A stretch of DNA of 64,000 nt. Source: an uncultured Collinsella sp. Its GTDB lineage: Bacteria; Actinomycetota; Coriobacteriia; Coriobacteriales; Coriobacteriaceae. How positions within the stretch are numbered: position 1 is the first letter of the stretch; every line of letters starts with the position of its first letter. The notes under the pieces were generated by a model. That model did no database searches. It worked only from the letters and a program-made list of their open reading frames with translations, and was not told where the DNA came from. The stretch is taken from contig CATYSO010000012.1 in assembly GCA_958412345.1 (NCBI GenBank), positions 1,577 through 65,576 on the forward strand. The letters are read 5' to 3'. The translations under genes were made by a program, and so were the position numbers. Positions 1-11,506 of this stretch are shown here, piece by piece.

Positions 1-1606
1 AGAAGTCACGAACCTGCTGGGCGACCTCGGCGGCGTCGAACTCAATGCCCTGCTCACTGTAGAGCTCAAGGGCAAAGTCGATGAGCGACGTGGGGTCGAT
101 CGGCAGGCGATCGCGCAGGATGTTGATGATGCCGATGGCGGCACGACGCAGCGCGTAGGGATCGGAGGAGCCGGTCGGGGGCTCGCCGATGGCAAAAATA
201 CCGGCGATGGTATCGAGCTTATCGGCGCAGGCCACGATGCAGCCAGCGGTGCCCTCGGGCAGCTCGTCGCCGGCAAAGCGGGGACGATAGTGATCGCGGA
301 TAGCGTGGGCAACCTCGTCGTTCTCCCCCATCGCGGTGGCGTAGTAACCGCCCATCACGCCCTGCTGGCTCGTGAACTCGACGACGGCGTTGGACACCAG
401 GTCTGCCTTGCACAGGTGCGCGGCACGAGCAGCGTCGGCGGCAAGATGGGCGCCCAGATGAGCCTCGCGGGCAATAGCGAGCGCGAGCTGCTCAATGCGC
501 TCGGACTTGGCGAGCACGCTGCCGAGCTTCTCCTGGAAGGCGACCTTGGACAGACGCTCCCGGAACTCGTCGAGGGAGATCTTCAGGTCCTCCTCATAGA
601 AGAACTTGGCGTCGTCCAGACGGGCGCGCACGACGCGCTCGTTGCCGTCGATCACGCGCTCGGCGTTCTCGGGCTTGCTGTTGGAAACGACCACGAACTC
701 ACGCGTGAGCTTGCCCTCGCCGTCATAGATCGGGAAGTAGCGCTGGTTGGTGAGCATGGACTCGCAGATGATCTCATGCGGGACCTTAAGGAACTCCTCG
801 TCGAAGGTACCGACGAGCACCGTCGGCCATTCACAGAGGTTGATGACCTCCTCAAAAACCTTCTTGGGCGTATCGACATGGCAGCCGGGACGGGCGGCCT
901 CGACCTCGGCGATACCGGCGAGAATCGCCTCGCGACGGCGCTCGGCAGAAAGCACGCCGGCGTCCTCGAGCACCTGCTCGTAGGCGGCGGGGCTAGCGAC
1001 AACGTGGTCACCGGGGCCAAGCACGCGATGGCCGCGCGTGGTGTTGCCGCTCGTCACGTCGGCAAACGACACGGGCACAACATCCTCGCCCAAAAGGCAG
1101 CAGATCCAGCGAACCGGGCGCACGAAGGTGGCGTGCTCGTGGCCCCAGCGCTGACTACGGTAGTTGGGCCACTGCAGGCCGGCGATGGTCTTCTCGCACA
1201 GGGCCGTCAGGATCGGAGTAGCCGGAGCGGAAGGAATGTTCTTCTCGGCAAAGACGTACTCACGGCCGTCGGTGTCCTCGCGACGGACCAGATCCTCGGC
1301 AGCCACACCGCACTTGCGGGCGAAGCCCTGGGCGGCCTTGGTGGCGTTACCGTCAGCGTCGAAGGCGATGTTGGCCGCAGGGCCACGCTTGACCTCGTGA
1401 ACCTCATCGGTCGCGGTGGCGACGTCGGCAACGAGCGCAGCCAGGCGACGCGGGCTCGAGATCACGCGGACCTCGCCGTGGGCCAGACCGGCCTCGTCGA
1501 GACCCTTGGCGATCATGGTGCCAAGCTGCTTGACGGCATTGTTCAGCGGTGCGGAGGGCATTTCCTCCGTACCGATCTCAAACAGGAAATCCTTAGCGTC
1601 TGCCAT
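1..1606 (-). CDS. glyS: Glycine--tRNA ligase beta subunit (5' part; runs off the window start)
   Basis: Manual translation from ATG at 1606 gives MADAKDFLFEIGTEEMP, the typical GlyS N-terminus. It lies directly downstream of glyQ and is absent from the ORF track because it has no stop codon in the window. Confidence 0.95.
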   Translation of the reverse strand, partial: MADAKDFLFEIGTEEMPSAPLNNAVKQLGTMIAKGLDEAGLAHGEVRVISSPRRLAALVADVATATDEVHEVKRGPAANIAFDADGNATKAAQGFARKCGVAAEDLVRREDTDGREYVFAEKNIPSAPATPILTALCEKTIAGLQWPNYRSQRWGHEHATFVRPVRWICCLLGEDVVPVSFADVTSGNTTRGHRVLGPGDHVVASPAAYEQVLEDAGVLSAERRREAILAGIAEVEAARPGCHVDTPKKVFEEVINLCEWPTVLVGTFDEEFLKVPHEIICESMLTNQRYFPIYDGEGKLTREFVVVSNSKPENAERVIDGNERVVRARLDDAKFFYEEDLKISLDEFRERLSKVAFQEKLGSVLAKSERIEQLALAIAREAHLGAHLAADAARAAHLCKADLVSNAVVEFTSQQGVMGGYYATAMGENDEVAHAIRDHYRPRFAGDELPEGTAGCIVACADKLDTIAGIFAIGEPPTGSSDPYALRRAAIGIINILRDRLPIDPTSLIDFALELYSEQGIEFDAAEVAQQVRDF

Positions 1607-1609
1607 GGC

Positions 1610-2521
1610 TTACGCCACCTCGCCTTCCTGGTCGGCATTCTCGTTGACTCCGGCGACCTCGGCCATATAGGCCTCGCAGCACGCCTTGGCGACGGCGCGG
1701 ACGCGCAGGATGTAGTTGGCACGCTCGACCGCAGACAGAGCGCCGCGGGCATCGAGCAGATTGAAAGCGTGGCTGCACTTCATAACGCAGTCGTATGCGG
1801 GCAGCGGCAGCTTGCGCTCCAGGCAGGAATGGCACTCGGCCTCGTAGTCGTCAAACTTCTGACGCATCATCTCGACGTTGGCGACCTCAAAGTTATAGGC
1901 ACTGAACTCGCGCTCGTTCTCGAGGAACACGTCGCCGTAGGTCATGGGCGTGCCATCGGGCAGGTAGCTCCACACCAGATCGTAGACCGAGTTGACGCCC
2001 TGGGCGTACATGGCGATACGCTCCAGGCCATAGGTAATCTCGACGGGCACGGGGTCGACCTCGATACCGCCCACCTGCTGGAAGTACGTAAACTGCGTGA
2101 CCTCCATGCCGTTGAGCCAAACCTCCCAGCCAAGGCCCCAAGCGCCCAGGGTCGGGCTCTCCCAGTCGTCCTCGACAAAACGGACGTCATGGTCGTTGGG
2201 GTCCAGGCCAATGGCGGCCAGCGAACCCAGATAGAGCTCCTGGGCGTTAACCGGCGAGGGCTTGATGAGCACCTGGAACTGATAGTAGTGCTGCATGCGG
2301 TTGGGGTTCTCGCCGTAGCGGCCGTCGGCGGGACGGCGGCAGGGCTGCGCATAGCAGGTGCGCCACTCGGCGGGACCGAGCGAGCGCAGCGTGGTCGCGG
2401 TGTGGAAGGTACCGGCACCGACCTCGGAGTCATAGGGCTGCATAATGACGCAGCCCTGCTCGCCCCAGTACTGCTGGAGGCGCAGGATGATGTCTTGGAA
2501 GGAAAGCGATGAAGCGTTCAT
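1610..2521 (-). CDS. glyQ: Glycine--tRNA ligase alpha subunit
   Basis: GlyQ motifs [42 protein letters not shown] and EITYGLER. Confidence 0.98.
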   Translation of the reverse strand: MNASSLSFQDIILRLQQYWGEQGCVIMQPYDSEVGAGTFHTATTLRSLGPAEWRTCYAQPCRRPADGRYGENPNRMQHYYQFQVLIKPSPVNAQELYLGSLAAIGLDPNDHDVRFVEDDWESPTLGAWGLGWEVWLNGMEVTQFTYFQQVGGIEVDPVPVEITYGLERIAMYAQGVNSVYDLVWSYLPDGTPMTYGDVFLENEREFSAYNFEVANVEMMRQKFDDYEAECHSCLERKLPLPAYDCVMKCSHAFNLLDARGALSAVERANYILRVRAVAKACCEAYMAEVAGVNENADQEGEVA

Positions 2522-2580
2522 GCCTCTAATATCCCCTCGTCGAAACGATTACACGGTTAGGTACTGTACTATAGCGGTTT

Positions 2581-3150
2581 TTAGTCGATAGCGCCCAGAC
2601 GGTTGAGCGGCCAGTAACGCACGAGCGCCACGGCGATCAAGTCAGAGCGATCAACGGGACCAAAATAGCGTGAGTCGGCAGAGTTCTCTCGATTGTCGCC
2701 CATCACCCACACACAGTCATCGGGGACGGTGTAGGGATAGCTCACCTGGGCGGCGGGCGCCTGGACCGAAAGCGGCCAGCTCATGCCGGTCGTATACTTC
2801 TCATCGAGCGCCTGGCCGTCGACGACGACCTTGCCGTCCTGAAGGTCGACCGTCTGGCCGGCCGTGGCGATGACGCGCTTTACCAGCACGTCATGCTCGG
2901 ACGTGGCATCGGGGTTGTGAAACACCACGATATCGCCCTGTTTGACAGGCTGTCCGAGCTCCAGGCTCACTTTTTGCGCCAGGATCTGGTCGCCAATCTC
3001 AATCGTGTCCTCCATGGAGCCGGTGGGCACCACAAAGGGCTCGACCACAAAGGTGCGGATCAGGAAGGTGGCCACGAGCGCGATTGCGATGACCGCGATC
3101 CACTCAAAGGCGCCCCTCAACGCGGAATGCTGCGATGGAACCATTCTCAC
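2581..3150 (-). CDS. lepB: Signal peptidase I
   Basis: N-terminal TM, VPTGSME (catalytic Ser), VKRVIA (catalytic Lys) and GDNRENSADSRYFG. Confidence 0.95.
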   Translation of the reverse strand: MRMVPSQHSALRGAFEWIAVIAIALVATFLIRTFVVEPFVVPTGSMEDTIEIGDQILAQKVSLELGQPVKQGDIVVFHNPDATSEHDVLVKRVIATAGQTVDLQDGKVVVDGQALDEKYTTGMSWPLSVQAPAAQVSYPYTVPDDCVWVMGDNRENSADSRYFGPVDRSDLIAVALVRYWPLNRLGAID

Positions 3151-3905
3151 TCCTCGCTCTGCGAATACGAAGCGTCCAGAATCTCCTGCGCGTACGCGCG
3201 CTCCTGGGGCGTAAGGCGCGCCGTCTCGATCAGATCGGGACGCCAGCGACAGGTGCGCTCGATGGCATTCTTACGGCGCCAGGCGTCAACTTTTGCGTGA
3301 TCGCCACTCACGAGCACAGGAGGCACGCCCTCGCCGTTGAACTCGGCGGGACGGGTGTACTGCGCGTACTCGAGCAGGCCTCCGTCCTCGGCGGTCGAGA
3401 ACGACTCGTCGACGTTGCTCATCTCGTCACCAAGGGCGCCGGGAATCAGGCGTACGACGGCATCGGCAACGACCATAGCGGGAAGCTCGCCGCCCGTGAG
3501 CACGTAATCGCCGATCGACAGGCGCTCGTCGGCATACGCATAGGCACGCTCGTCGACACCTTCGTAACGGCTGCACACAAACAGCAGGCGCTCGCTTTTG
3601 AGCAGGCGCTCGGCCACATGCTGCGTAAAGGGCTCGCCGCACGGGGTGAAGAACACCACCGTCGGCTTGGGGCTCTCCGCGCTAATGGCCTCGATGGCCT
3701 CGGCGATAGGCTCGACCTTCATGAGCATGCCCTGCCCGCCGCCGTACGGCTCGTCATCGACGGTACGATGGCGGTCGTGCGTCCAGTCGCGCAGGTTATA
3801 CGCCTTAAAATCAAAAAGGCCGGCCTTGCGGGCGCGGCCCAAAATCGACGTGGACATAACGGGCTCAAACATCTCGGGAAAGACCGAAAGGGTCTCAATC
3901 AGCAT
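3147..3905 (-). CDS. trmD: tRNA (guanine-N1)-methyltransferase
   Basis: Motifs VDDEPYGGGQGM, RYEGVDER, SIGDYVLTGGE and LLEYAQYTRP. Confidence 0.97.
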   Translation of the reverse strand: MLIETLSVFPEMFEPVMSTSILGRARKAGLFDFKAYNLRDWTHDRHRTVDDEPYGGGQGMLMKVEPIAEAIEAISAESPKPTVVFFTPCGEPFTQHVAERLLKSERLLFVCSRYEGVDERAYAYADERLSIGDYVLTGGELPAMVVADAVVRLIPGALGDEMSNVDESFSTAEDGGLLEYAQYTRPAEFNGEGVPPVLVSGDHAKVDAWRRKNAIERTCRWRPDLIETARLTPQERAYAQEILDASYSQSEE

Positions 3906-3915
3906 GTTGTCCTCC

Positions 3916-4437
3916 CTACTTGTCCATATCGATCAGGCCGTCCATAACGTGGACGGAAATTGTTCCTGTGTCGGGAAGATCGAGCACAACCTGCTCGATC
4001 ACGGGAATCAGTACCTCGCCGTACCGATCGCCCTCGACAACCCAAACATCGTTAGCGGGCGTCGACATGATCTCGACGATCGTGCCGAGTGAACCGAAGC
4101 GCTCGTCGACCACCTCGCGACCCATCAGGTCGGTATAGGCGGCGTCGAGTGAATCGAGCTCAAAATCGTCACGATTTGCCAGCACATAGCATCCCGTGAT
4201 GCCCTCGGCGGCCGTCAAGTCGTCAATGCCCTCAAACGAGACCAGATCGCCATCGCCCGTATCGGTGACGGACACAACCGTGCAAAAGCGGTCGCGCTTG
4301 AGCGCCGGCGGCGTCAGGGCGACGCGCATACCCGGCTCTAATACAGAAGGAAGCCCCCGCAGCGGCTGCGCGAGGACCTCCCCCTTCCTTCCGTGCGGCT
4401 TGACCACACGGGCGATGTTTTTGTACTGGGACCTCAA
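3916..4437 (-). CDS. rimM: Ribosome maturation factor RimM
   Basis: KPHGRKGEV N-terminal motif and PRC-barrel segment (PANDVWVV...VLIP); canonical position between khpA and trmD. Confidence 0.92.
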   Translation of the reverse strand: MRSQYKNIARVVKPHGRKGEVLAQPLRGLPSVLEPGMRVALTPPALKRDRFCTVVSVTDTGDGDLVSFEGIDDLTAAEGITGCYVLANRDDFELDSLDAAYTDLMGREVVDERFGSLGTIVEIMSTPANDVWVVEGDRYGEVLIPVIEQVVLDLPDTGTISVHVMDGLIDMDK

Positions 4438-4441
4438 GGTC

Positions 4442-4726
4442 CTAGCCCAGAACCTCTACCTCGACAGCAGTGTCGAGGCGAGCGGCCAGTGCACGGGCGA
4501 GCGTGCGAATGGCCTTGATGGTACGGCCACGACGGCCGATGACCTTAGCGACGTCATCCTCGGCGACAGAAACCTCAATCGTAGAAGCGTCGTCACCATC
4601 GATGACCTCAAGGCTCACGGAATCCGGGTCGTCGACGATCTGAACAACGAGATATTCGACGAGATCGGCGATGCGATCTGAGAGCATTGCCTCACCCTCG
4701 AGCTGTGCAGCGTCAACCTCAGGCAC
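4442..4726 (-). CDS. khpA: KH-domain RNA-binding protein (KhpA/YlqC)
   Basis: KVIGRRGRTIKAIR GxxG loop; synteny with rpsP and rimM. Confidence 0.9.
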   Translation of the reverse strand: MPEVDAAQLEGEAMLSDRIADLVEYLVVQIVDDPDSVSLEVIDGDDASTIEVSVAEDDVAKVIGRRGRTIKAIRTLARALAARLDTAVEVEVLG

Positions 4727-4729
4727 GAT

Positions 4730-5071
4730 TTACTCCTCGGCGCCCTCAGCGGCCTCAGCGGCAGCCTTAGCGGCCTCGGCCTCTTTGGCGAGCTGCTTCT
4801 TGGACTTCTTGACGACGGTCTCGGTCTTCTCGCCCTCGTTGGCGGCCTTGACCAGAGCGGCGACGGCGTCGGTGAGCTGAGCGCCCTTGGACTGCCAGTC
4901 GGCGATCTTCTCGAGGTCGAGGTTGATGGTCTTGGGGGCGGTCATCGGGTTGTAGCGGCCAACCTCCTCGATGATACGACCGTCACGCGGGGCGCGGGAA
5001 TCGGCGATGACGACACGGTAGTACGGACGCTTCTTAGCGCCGTGACGAGCAAGGCGAATCTTGACTGCCAA
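4730..5071 (-). CDS. rpsP: 30S ribosomal protein S16
   Basis: [28 protein letters not shown] start at 5071 with a GGAGGAG RBS upstream. Confidence 0.97.
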   Translation of the reverse strand: MAVKIRLARHGAKKRPYYRVVIADSRAPRDGRIIEEVGRYNPMTAPKTINLDLEKIADWQSKGAQLTDAVAALVKAANEGEKTETVVKKSKKQLAKEAEAAKAAAEAAEGAEE

Positions 5072-5272
5072 AGGAAACTCCTCCAACCAAGCAGCTTTAG
5101 GCTGCAACTACAAACAAACAGTTGAACATAATACGCCATCGACGCGGGCAGGTGAAGTCCGTGAGACCAACTTCTTCGGTGTAGTCGAGGGCAAATCCAT
5201 ATCTTAGACAAGAATTCGGGATTTGCAAGCACATACACGCACCTCACATGAGCTGCGCGGTATACTGATGAC

Positions 5273-6526
5273 ATGGAAAGACGCGAACATACATACGGTT
5301 ATGAGGATGCCATTGGCGTCACGCCGCCTCCCTGGACGGGTCCGGCGGTGGGCCTCATGGACCTCGATGCGTTTTTTGCGAGCGTGGAGATGCTCGATCA
5401 TCCCGAATGGCGCGGAAAGCCGCTCATCGTGGGCGGGGACGCCGATTCTCGTGGCGTCGTGTCCACATGTTCGTATGAGGCGCGTCGCTTTGGCGTACAC
5501 TCCGCCATGCCCTCAGCCGAGGCGCGGCGCCTGTGTCCGCAGGCCATTTGGACGCACGGGCATTTCGATCGCTACCGCGAGGTCAGCGCGCAGGTCATGG
5601 CGATTCTTGCCGAGGAGACGCCGCGCGTGGAGCGCGTATCCATCGACGAAGCCTTTATCGATATCACACCGGGTCGCTTTGCGCCCGAGGACCCGCTGCT
5701 GGTTGCACGGCGTATAAGCGACCGTGTGGCAGCGCTGGGAGTAACGTGCTCCATTGGCGTGGGCTGCAACAAGACGGTCGCAAAGATCGCAAGTGAGCGG
5801 GATAAGCCGTTTGGGCTGACCATCGTGCGACCCGGAACGGAGCAGCGCTTTTTGGCCGCGCTGCCGGTATCTGCCATGAGCGGCATCGGGCGCTCGGCCG
5901 AGGAGCGACTGCGCCGTATGCGCATCTACACCCTCGGCGAGCTATCACGTGCACCGGAATCCACCTTGGCCTCTATTTTTGGCGTCAACGGCGAACGCAT
6001 GCGCCAGCGTGCGCTGGGACTCGAAATCTCCGAAGTCACAAGTCTCGATGAAGAGCGTGAGGTCAAGTCGGTGAGCAATGAACGCACCTTTGCGAAAGAT
6101 TTGACTGAGCGCGGGGACATCGAAGCGGCGATTGCGCTGCTGGGCGAGTCAGTGGGACGCCGCCTGCGCCGTCAGGGACTAACGGGTGCCACGGTGACGC
6201 TCAAGCTCAAGTATTCGTATGGAAGCGGTCGCTCGGCACAGCGCCGGCTGCCTCATCCGACCGACGATGAGAACATCTTCGTGGCAGTTGCGCTCGAACT
6301 GCTCGACAACATCTGGCAGGAAGGCATGCATGTTCGCTTAGCAGGCATCGGCATGAGTGACTTTGACCATCAGGGCGGCATCCAGACCGACCTGTTCTGC
6401 GAAGTCGACGACCGCGGAGCCCAATCCAGCGACCGACGCGACCTCTCCGTCGCCATCGACGCCGTCCGAGACAAATTCGGCGACACCGCCCTATCTTACG
6501 GCCGCCAATCCCGCTTCAACGATTAA
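5273..6526 (+). CDS. dinB: DNA polymerase IV (Y-family)
   Basis: Motifs DLDAFFASVE, SYEARRFGVHSAMP, SIDEAFID and AKIASERDKP. Confidence 0.95.
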   Translation: MERREHTYGYEDAIGVTPPPWTGPAVGLMDLDAFFASVEMLDHPEWRGKPLIVGGDADSRGVVSTCSYEARRFGVHSAMPSAEARRLCPQAIWTHGHFDRYREVSAQVMAILAEETPRVERVSIDEAFIDITPGRFAPEDPLLVARRISDRVAALGVTCSIGVGCNKTVAKIASERDKPFGLTIVRPGTEQRFLAALPVSAMSGIGRSAEERLRRMRIYTLGELSRAPESTLASIFGVNGERMRQRALGLEISEVTSLDEEREVKSVSNERTFAKDLTERGDIEAAIALLGESVGRRLRRQGLTGATVTLKLKYSYGSGRSAQRRLPHPTDDENIFVAVALELLDNIWQEGMHVRLAGIGMSDFDHQGGIQTDLFCEVDDRGAQSSDRRDLSVAIDAVRDKFGDTALSYGRQSRFND

Positions 6527-6547
6527 CCGCCTTTAGGCAAAAAGAAA

Positions 6548-6581
6548 GCCGGGCAGGTACGGAAAACCGCAACTGCCCGGC
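6548..6581 (-). terminator. Probable intrinsic terminator for the rsfS operon
   Basis: GCCGGGCAG...CTGCCCGGC stem with an A-run on its left (U-tail on the minus strand), between convergent dinB and rsfS. Confidence 0.65.
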
Positions 6582-6595
6582 GAAATGCGCGAAGC

Positions 6596-6625
6596 TAGCT
6601 AAAAAAGCCCGTCCCAAATGAGCTA
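6596..6625. repeat. REP-like element with GGGACGGG core
   Basis: TAGCT-aaaaaagcccgtcccaaatg-AGCTA; same core as the elements at 32268 and 34776. Confidence 0.4.
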
Positions 6626-7081
6626 CTAGAGGAGGTCGAGGGGAAGCTGAGGAGCGTCACCCCAGAGCTTTTCTAGGCGGTAGAAGTCGCGGGCTTCGGG
6701 AGTGAAGACGTGGACAACAACCGAACCGTAGTCCATGAGCATCCAGGTCTTCTGCTCGCGGCCCTCGATGGAGAACGGATGCTCGCCACAAGCCTCGGCG
6801 ACCTTCTCCTCGATCTCGTCGACGATAGAATCGACCTGGCGGTTGTTGGTACCGGTGGCAAGCACAAAGTAGTCGCACACATCGGAAAGCTCGGTCAGGT
6901 CGAGCACCTGAACGTCCTCGCCCTTCTTGTCGTAGGCGGCCTGCGCGGCGGCGCGGGCGACATCCTCGGCGGCGACACCGCTCGCGGACAGCGAGGCGGC
7001 GGTGCGGTCGGACGTGGCGGCGAAGCTCTTGTGCTCCACATCCTTAAGAATCTGCTCGTCGGTCATGGTCTCGTCGGCCAT
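6626..7081 (-). CDS. rsfS: Ribosome silencing factor RsfS (Iojap)
   Basis: Motifs DKKGEDVQVLD, DYFVLATG, WMLMDYGSVVVHVF and FYRLEKLW. Confidence 0.95.
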   Translation of the reverse strand: MADETMTDEQILKDVEHKSFAATSDRTAASLSASGVAAEDVARAAAQAAYDKKGEDVQVLDLTELSDVCDYFVLATGTNNRQVDSIVDEIEEKVAEACGEHPFSIEGREQKTWMLMDYGSVVVHVFTPEARDFYRLEKLWGDAPQLPLDLL

Positions 7082-7108
7082 GGAATACCTCTTTCTAGAC
7101 AGCCCGAG

Positions 7109-7732
7109 CTAGCGTAGCTGGGCGTAATGGTTGTAAATCGAAATAGCCGTGGGATAAAGATAGCGCCCGGACTGGATCACATAGACCAAACCCTGCGCAA
7201 AACAGGAGAAGAACAACTCATCGAGCGTCGACTCCCCCACCATCTTGCGCAGCGCATGGGCATAGTCGCCGTGGCGGTTGGGCTCGATGGCATCGGCCAC
7301 AAAGACCACCATATCGAGCGGCGTCATGTCGCAGGCACCCACGGTGTGACGGTCGACAGCCTGGAAAACGGCCGGCGACAGCTCGGGAAAAAGCTGCGGA
7401 AGCTCATAGGCGGCAACAGGGCCATGCAAAAGCGGCGTCGCGGCAGAAGGAGAGCCGGCAACCTTGATGCCATAGTGAAGCGCGCGGGCCACGAGCTCGT
7501 CATCGGAAAGAACCTTATCCCAGTCGTGAATCAGGCCGGCGGCGGCGGCATCAAAGCGGTCAACGCCGTAGACCTCGGCCAGATGAAGTGCGGTCTCGGC
7601 AACACCCAGCGAATGCACATAGCGCTTGCGCTTATCTTTCATACGAACATCGAGCAGCTCTTGAATGCGCTTGAGCAGCGCGCGCTCATCGCCCTCAAAC
7701 TGATCCTCTACCGACAACGTAGCCCCCATCAC
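7109..7732 (-). CDS. yqeK: HD-domain hydrolase YqeK (symmetrical Ap4A hydrolase family)
   Basis: RYVHSLGV, GLIHDWDK, HT and VADAIEP motifs; nadD-yqeK-rsfS synteny. Confidence 0.88.
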   Translation of the reverse strand: MMGATLSVEDQFEGDERALLKRIQELLDVRMKDKRKRYVHSLGVAETALHLAEVYGVDRFDAAAAGLIHDWDKVLSDDELVARALHYGIKVAGSPSAATPLLHGPVAAYELPQLFPELSPAVFQAVDRHTVGACDMTPLDMVVFVADAIEPNRHGDYAHALRKMVGESTLDELFFSCFAQGLVYVIQSGRYLYPTAISIYNHYAQLR

Positions 7733-8406
7733 TCAAAATCTTCTTGACCCAGATCGACATACAAACTGCGCTTGCGAATGTAGCCGAGCACAGACTCGCT
7801 CGTAAGATAGCGCACGCTCATGCCGCGGGCAACTCGCTTACGAATGTTCGTCGAGCTGATCGCCAGCGCCGGAATCTGAATATAGCGCACATCGAACGGC
7901 AGCCCCGACTCTTTGATTCGGGCACGCGCCGTATCGATATCAAAGCCCGGTCGCGTCGCCGCAATAAAGGTAGCAAGCTCAGCGATTTGCTCGGCATCAT
8001 GCCAGGTCACAATATCGATAATCGCGTCGGCGCCCGTAATAAAGTAGAGCTTTACCTGCGGCGGGTAAAAGTCGCGAAGGGCATGAAGCGTATCGGCCGT
8101 ATAGGTTACGCCCGGACGGTCAATCTCGAACCGGCTCGCCAAAAAGGCCGGGTTCGCGGCGGTGGCGAGGACCGTCATGGCATAACGGTCCTCGGCAGGC
8201 GTCACCGGCTTGTCAAGCTTAAAGGCGGGAGAGCCCGCCGGCATAAAGAGCACAGCGTCCAAGTCGAGCGACTCGCGCGCCTGCTCGGCAGTAACCAAGT
8301 GCCCGTAATGAATCGGGTCAAAGGTGCCGCCCATAATGCCAAGCCGAAACTCTTTGCCCTCTTTTATGGGCAGCTCGGGCAAACCGATTCCACCGCGCAG
8401 CGACAT
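7729..8406 (-). CDS. nadD: Nicotinate-nucleotide adenylyltransferase
   Basis: Motifs GGTFDPIHYGH, YTADTL, FITGAD and ISSTNIR. Confidence 0.96.
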   Translation of the reverse strand: MSLRGGIGLPELPIKEGKEFRLGIMGGTFDPIHYGHLVTAEQARESLDLDAVLFMPAGSPAFKLDKPVTPAEDRYAMTVLATAANPAFLASRFEIDRPGVTYTADTLHALRDFYPPQVKLYFITGADAIIDIVTWHDAEQIAELATFIAATRPGFDIDTARARIKESGLPFDVRYIQIPALAISSTNIRKRVARGMSVRYLTSESVLGYIRKRSLYVDLGQEDFE

Positions 8407-8409
8407 GGC

Positions 8410-9888
<1,479 letters not shown>

Positions 9889-9960
9889 CTACAAAAAGAG
9901 GGAGACCCTTGAATCCTAAAACTCAAGTGCCTCCCACATATGTGCTCTATGAAGGGTGAA

Positions 9961-10218
9961 TTACGCGTTCGCGAGCGGGCGTACGCTGACCCTGTGCTTG
10001 ATACCCTTGTGGAACTCAACGGTACCGTCGACCAGCGCGAACAGCGTGTCGTCCTTACCACGGCCAACGTTCTCACCCGGGTGGATGTGAGTGCCGTGCT
10101 GACGGACGAGAATCGTGCCCGTGGTTACCGTCTGGCCGGCATAGCGCTTCGTGCCAAGGCGCTGACCGCGGGAGTCACGGCCATTACGGGAGGAACCGAG
10201 TCCTTTTTTGTGTGCCAT
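9961..10218 (-). CDS. rpmA: 50S ribosomal protein L27
   Basis: [16 protein letters not shown]...GKDDTLFAL. Confidence 0.98.
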   Translation of the reverse strand: MAHKKGLGSSRNGRDSRGQRLGTKRYAGQTVTTGTILVRQHGTHIHPGENVGRGKDDTLFALVDGTVEFHKGIKHRVSVRPLANA

Positions 10219-10251
10219 TGTGTATACCTACTCTTTCGTTACGAGTGTAAT

Positions 10252-10626
10252 CTACTCGGCGACGGGAGCCTCGGCAACAGCCTCGGCCTCTGCCTTGACA
10301 GCCTTCTTGGCGCGGGACGTAGCCTGGACCTTCACGATCTTCAGCTTGGTGAGCTGCTGACGGTGACCCTTCAGACGACGATAGCGCTTACGCTTGTGGA
10401 ACTTGAAGACCAGCTGCTTCTCGCCCTTGAACTGCTCAACGATCTGAGCGGTAACCTTGGCCTTGGCCAGCTTGTCGGGATCGGTGACGATCTTCTTACC
10501 ATCGTTGAGGAAGATGACCGGCAGGGTGACCTTGTCGCCCTCATTGCCCTCGATCTTCTCGACGGTGATGACATCGTCGGTGGCGACCTTGTACTGCTTG
10601 CCGCCCGTGTTAACGATTGCGTACAT
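10252..10626 (-). CDS. rplU: 50S ribosomal protein L21
   Basis: MYAIVNTGGKQYKV...GHRQQLT; start placed at ATG 10626. Confidence 0.98.
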   Translation of the reverse strand: MYAIVNTGGKQYKVATDDVITVEKIEGNEGDKVTLPVIFLNDGKKIVTDPDKLAKAKVTAQIVEQFKGEKQLVFKFHKRKRYRRLKGHRQQLTKLKIVKVQATSRAKKAVKAEAEAVAEAPVAE

Positions 10627-10693
10627 GTTTACTTGCCCTTCATGCATCAGTTAGTGCAACAGCCGAATATAGTAGCAGGCGAAAATACCCCCG

Positions 10694-11506
10694 TCAACGA
10701 GTATGTGGAGCAAATCCACAAGTTCGCACAGGTATGGGGCTGACGAGTCGGCCCTCGTCGTCCTCGCATGCTTGATTCTGACGCTCGACATCGTAGGAGC
10801 AGATGGTCACGAGGTCTTGCATACCGGTGGAAACAATAGGTGCATCGACGCCCGGGGTCAAGCCCTGCAACAAAACATCAGCAGCCGAAAGCAAAATTTC
10901 CGGACGCATGGAGCCCTCGTTGTCGGCATGGGTGTCGAGCATGAGCACCAAATGGTCCGGGCGCTCCCCCGCCGTGAGCTCATAGCCCACGAGCGTGTGA
11001 TCCAAATCCAAGCGCTTGCTCTTTTTGCCGCGCGCGTAGTCGATGCCATGGTCCGCGCGCAGCGTGTCGATCGCACGACGCACCTCGTCGGCGCTTACGG
11101 GCGCCTCGGGATCCAAGTGCAGGTCGATGCGATACGACAGACGCGTGAGTTGCGCCGTCAACGCCGGCGTGCGCACGTCGATGTACGCCGCCTCGATGGG
11201 TGCCAGATCGGCCGGAGACGCCGCAGCCAGGCGCCCAAACGCCTCGTCGAGCGCCACGAACTCGGTCATAAACAGGTCATACCACTCGCAGGTCGACGAC
11301 GTACCCACCGGTAGCGCCGAAGAGAAGCCCACGCGCATGTGCGGAGAAAAGCCCTGCGTGACGGCATAGGGAAGTCCCGCACGGCGCACAATGCGCTCAA
11401 TGGTATGGATCACTTCGAGATGGCCCAGGTACTTAAGGCGATCGCGCTTGCCATAGCGAACACGAAGTCTAAAGAGCGTGGGGTTGTCGGTCAGGCGCTC
11501 ACTCAT
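10694..11506 (-). CDS. Radical SAM-linked protein (TIGR03936/DUF2344-like)
   Basis: KYLGHLE...RRAGLPYAVTQGFSPH...ALPVGTSS; overlaps the upstream radical SAM gene. Confidence 0.85.
   Translation of the reverse strand: MSERLTDNPTLFRLRVRYGKRDRLKYLGHLEVIHTIERIVRRAGLPYAVTQGFSPHMRVGFSSALPVGTSSTCEWYDLFMTEFVALDEAFGRLAAASPADLAPIEAAYIDVRTPALTAQLTRLSYRIDLHLDPEAPVSADEVRRAIDTLRADHGIDYARGKKSKRLDLDHTLVGYELTAGERPDHLVLMLDTHADNEGSMRPEILLSAADVLLQGLTPGVDAPIVSTGMQDLVTICSYDVERQNQACEDDEGRLVSPIPVRTCGFAPHTR

Noticed and set aside
290..2512. Long + strand ORF (740 aa) and similar antisense ORFs (7744-9873, 26772-29642, 32476-34056, 44589-47186)
   Set aside because: Shadow ORFs opposite well-conserved genes, expected from GC-rich codon usage; no recognisable motifs.
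5284..5297. CGAACATACATACG near the dinB start as a LexA (GAAC-N4-GTTC) box
   Set aside because: The right half has two mismatches and the site lies within the predicted coding sequence; not supportable without a genome-specific matrix.
9961..10626. Absence of ysxB/prp between rplU and rpmA
   Set aside because: Consistent with an L27 that lacks the N-terminal extension; this is ordinary.
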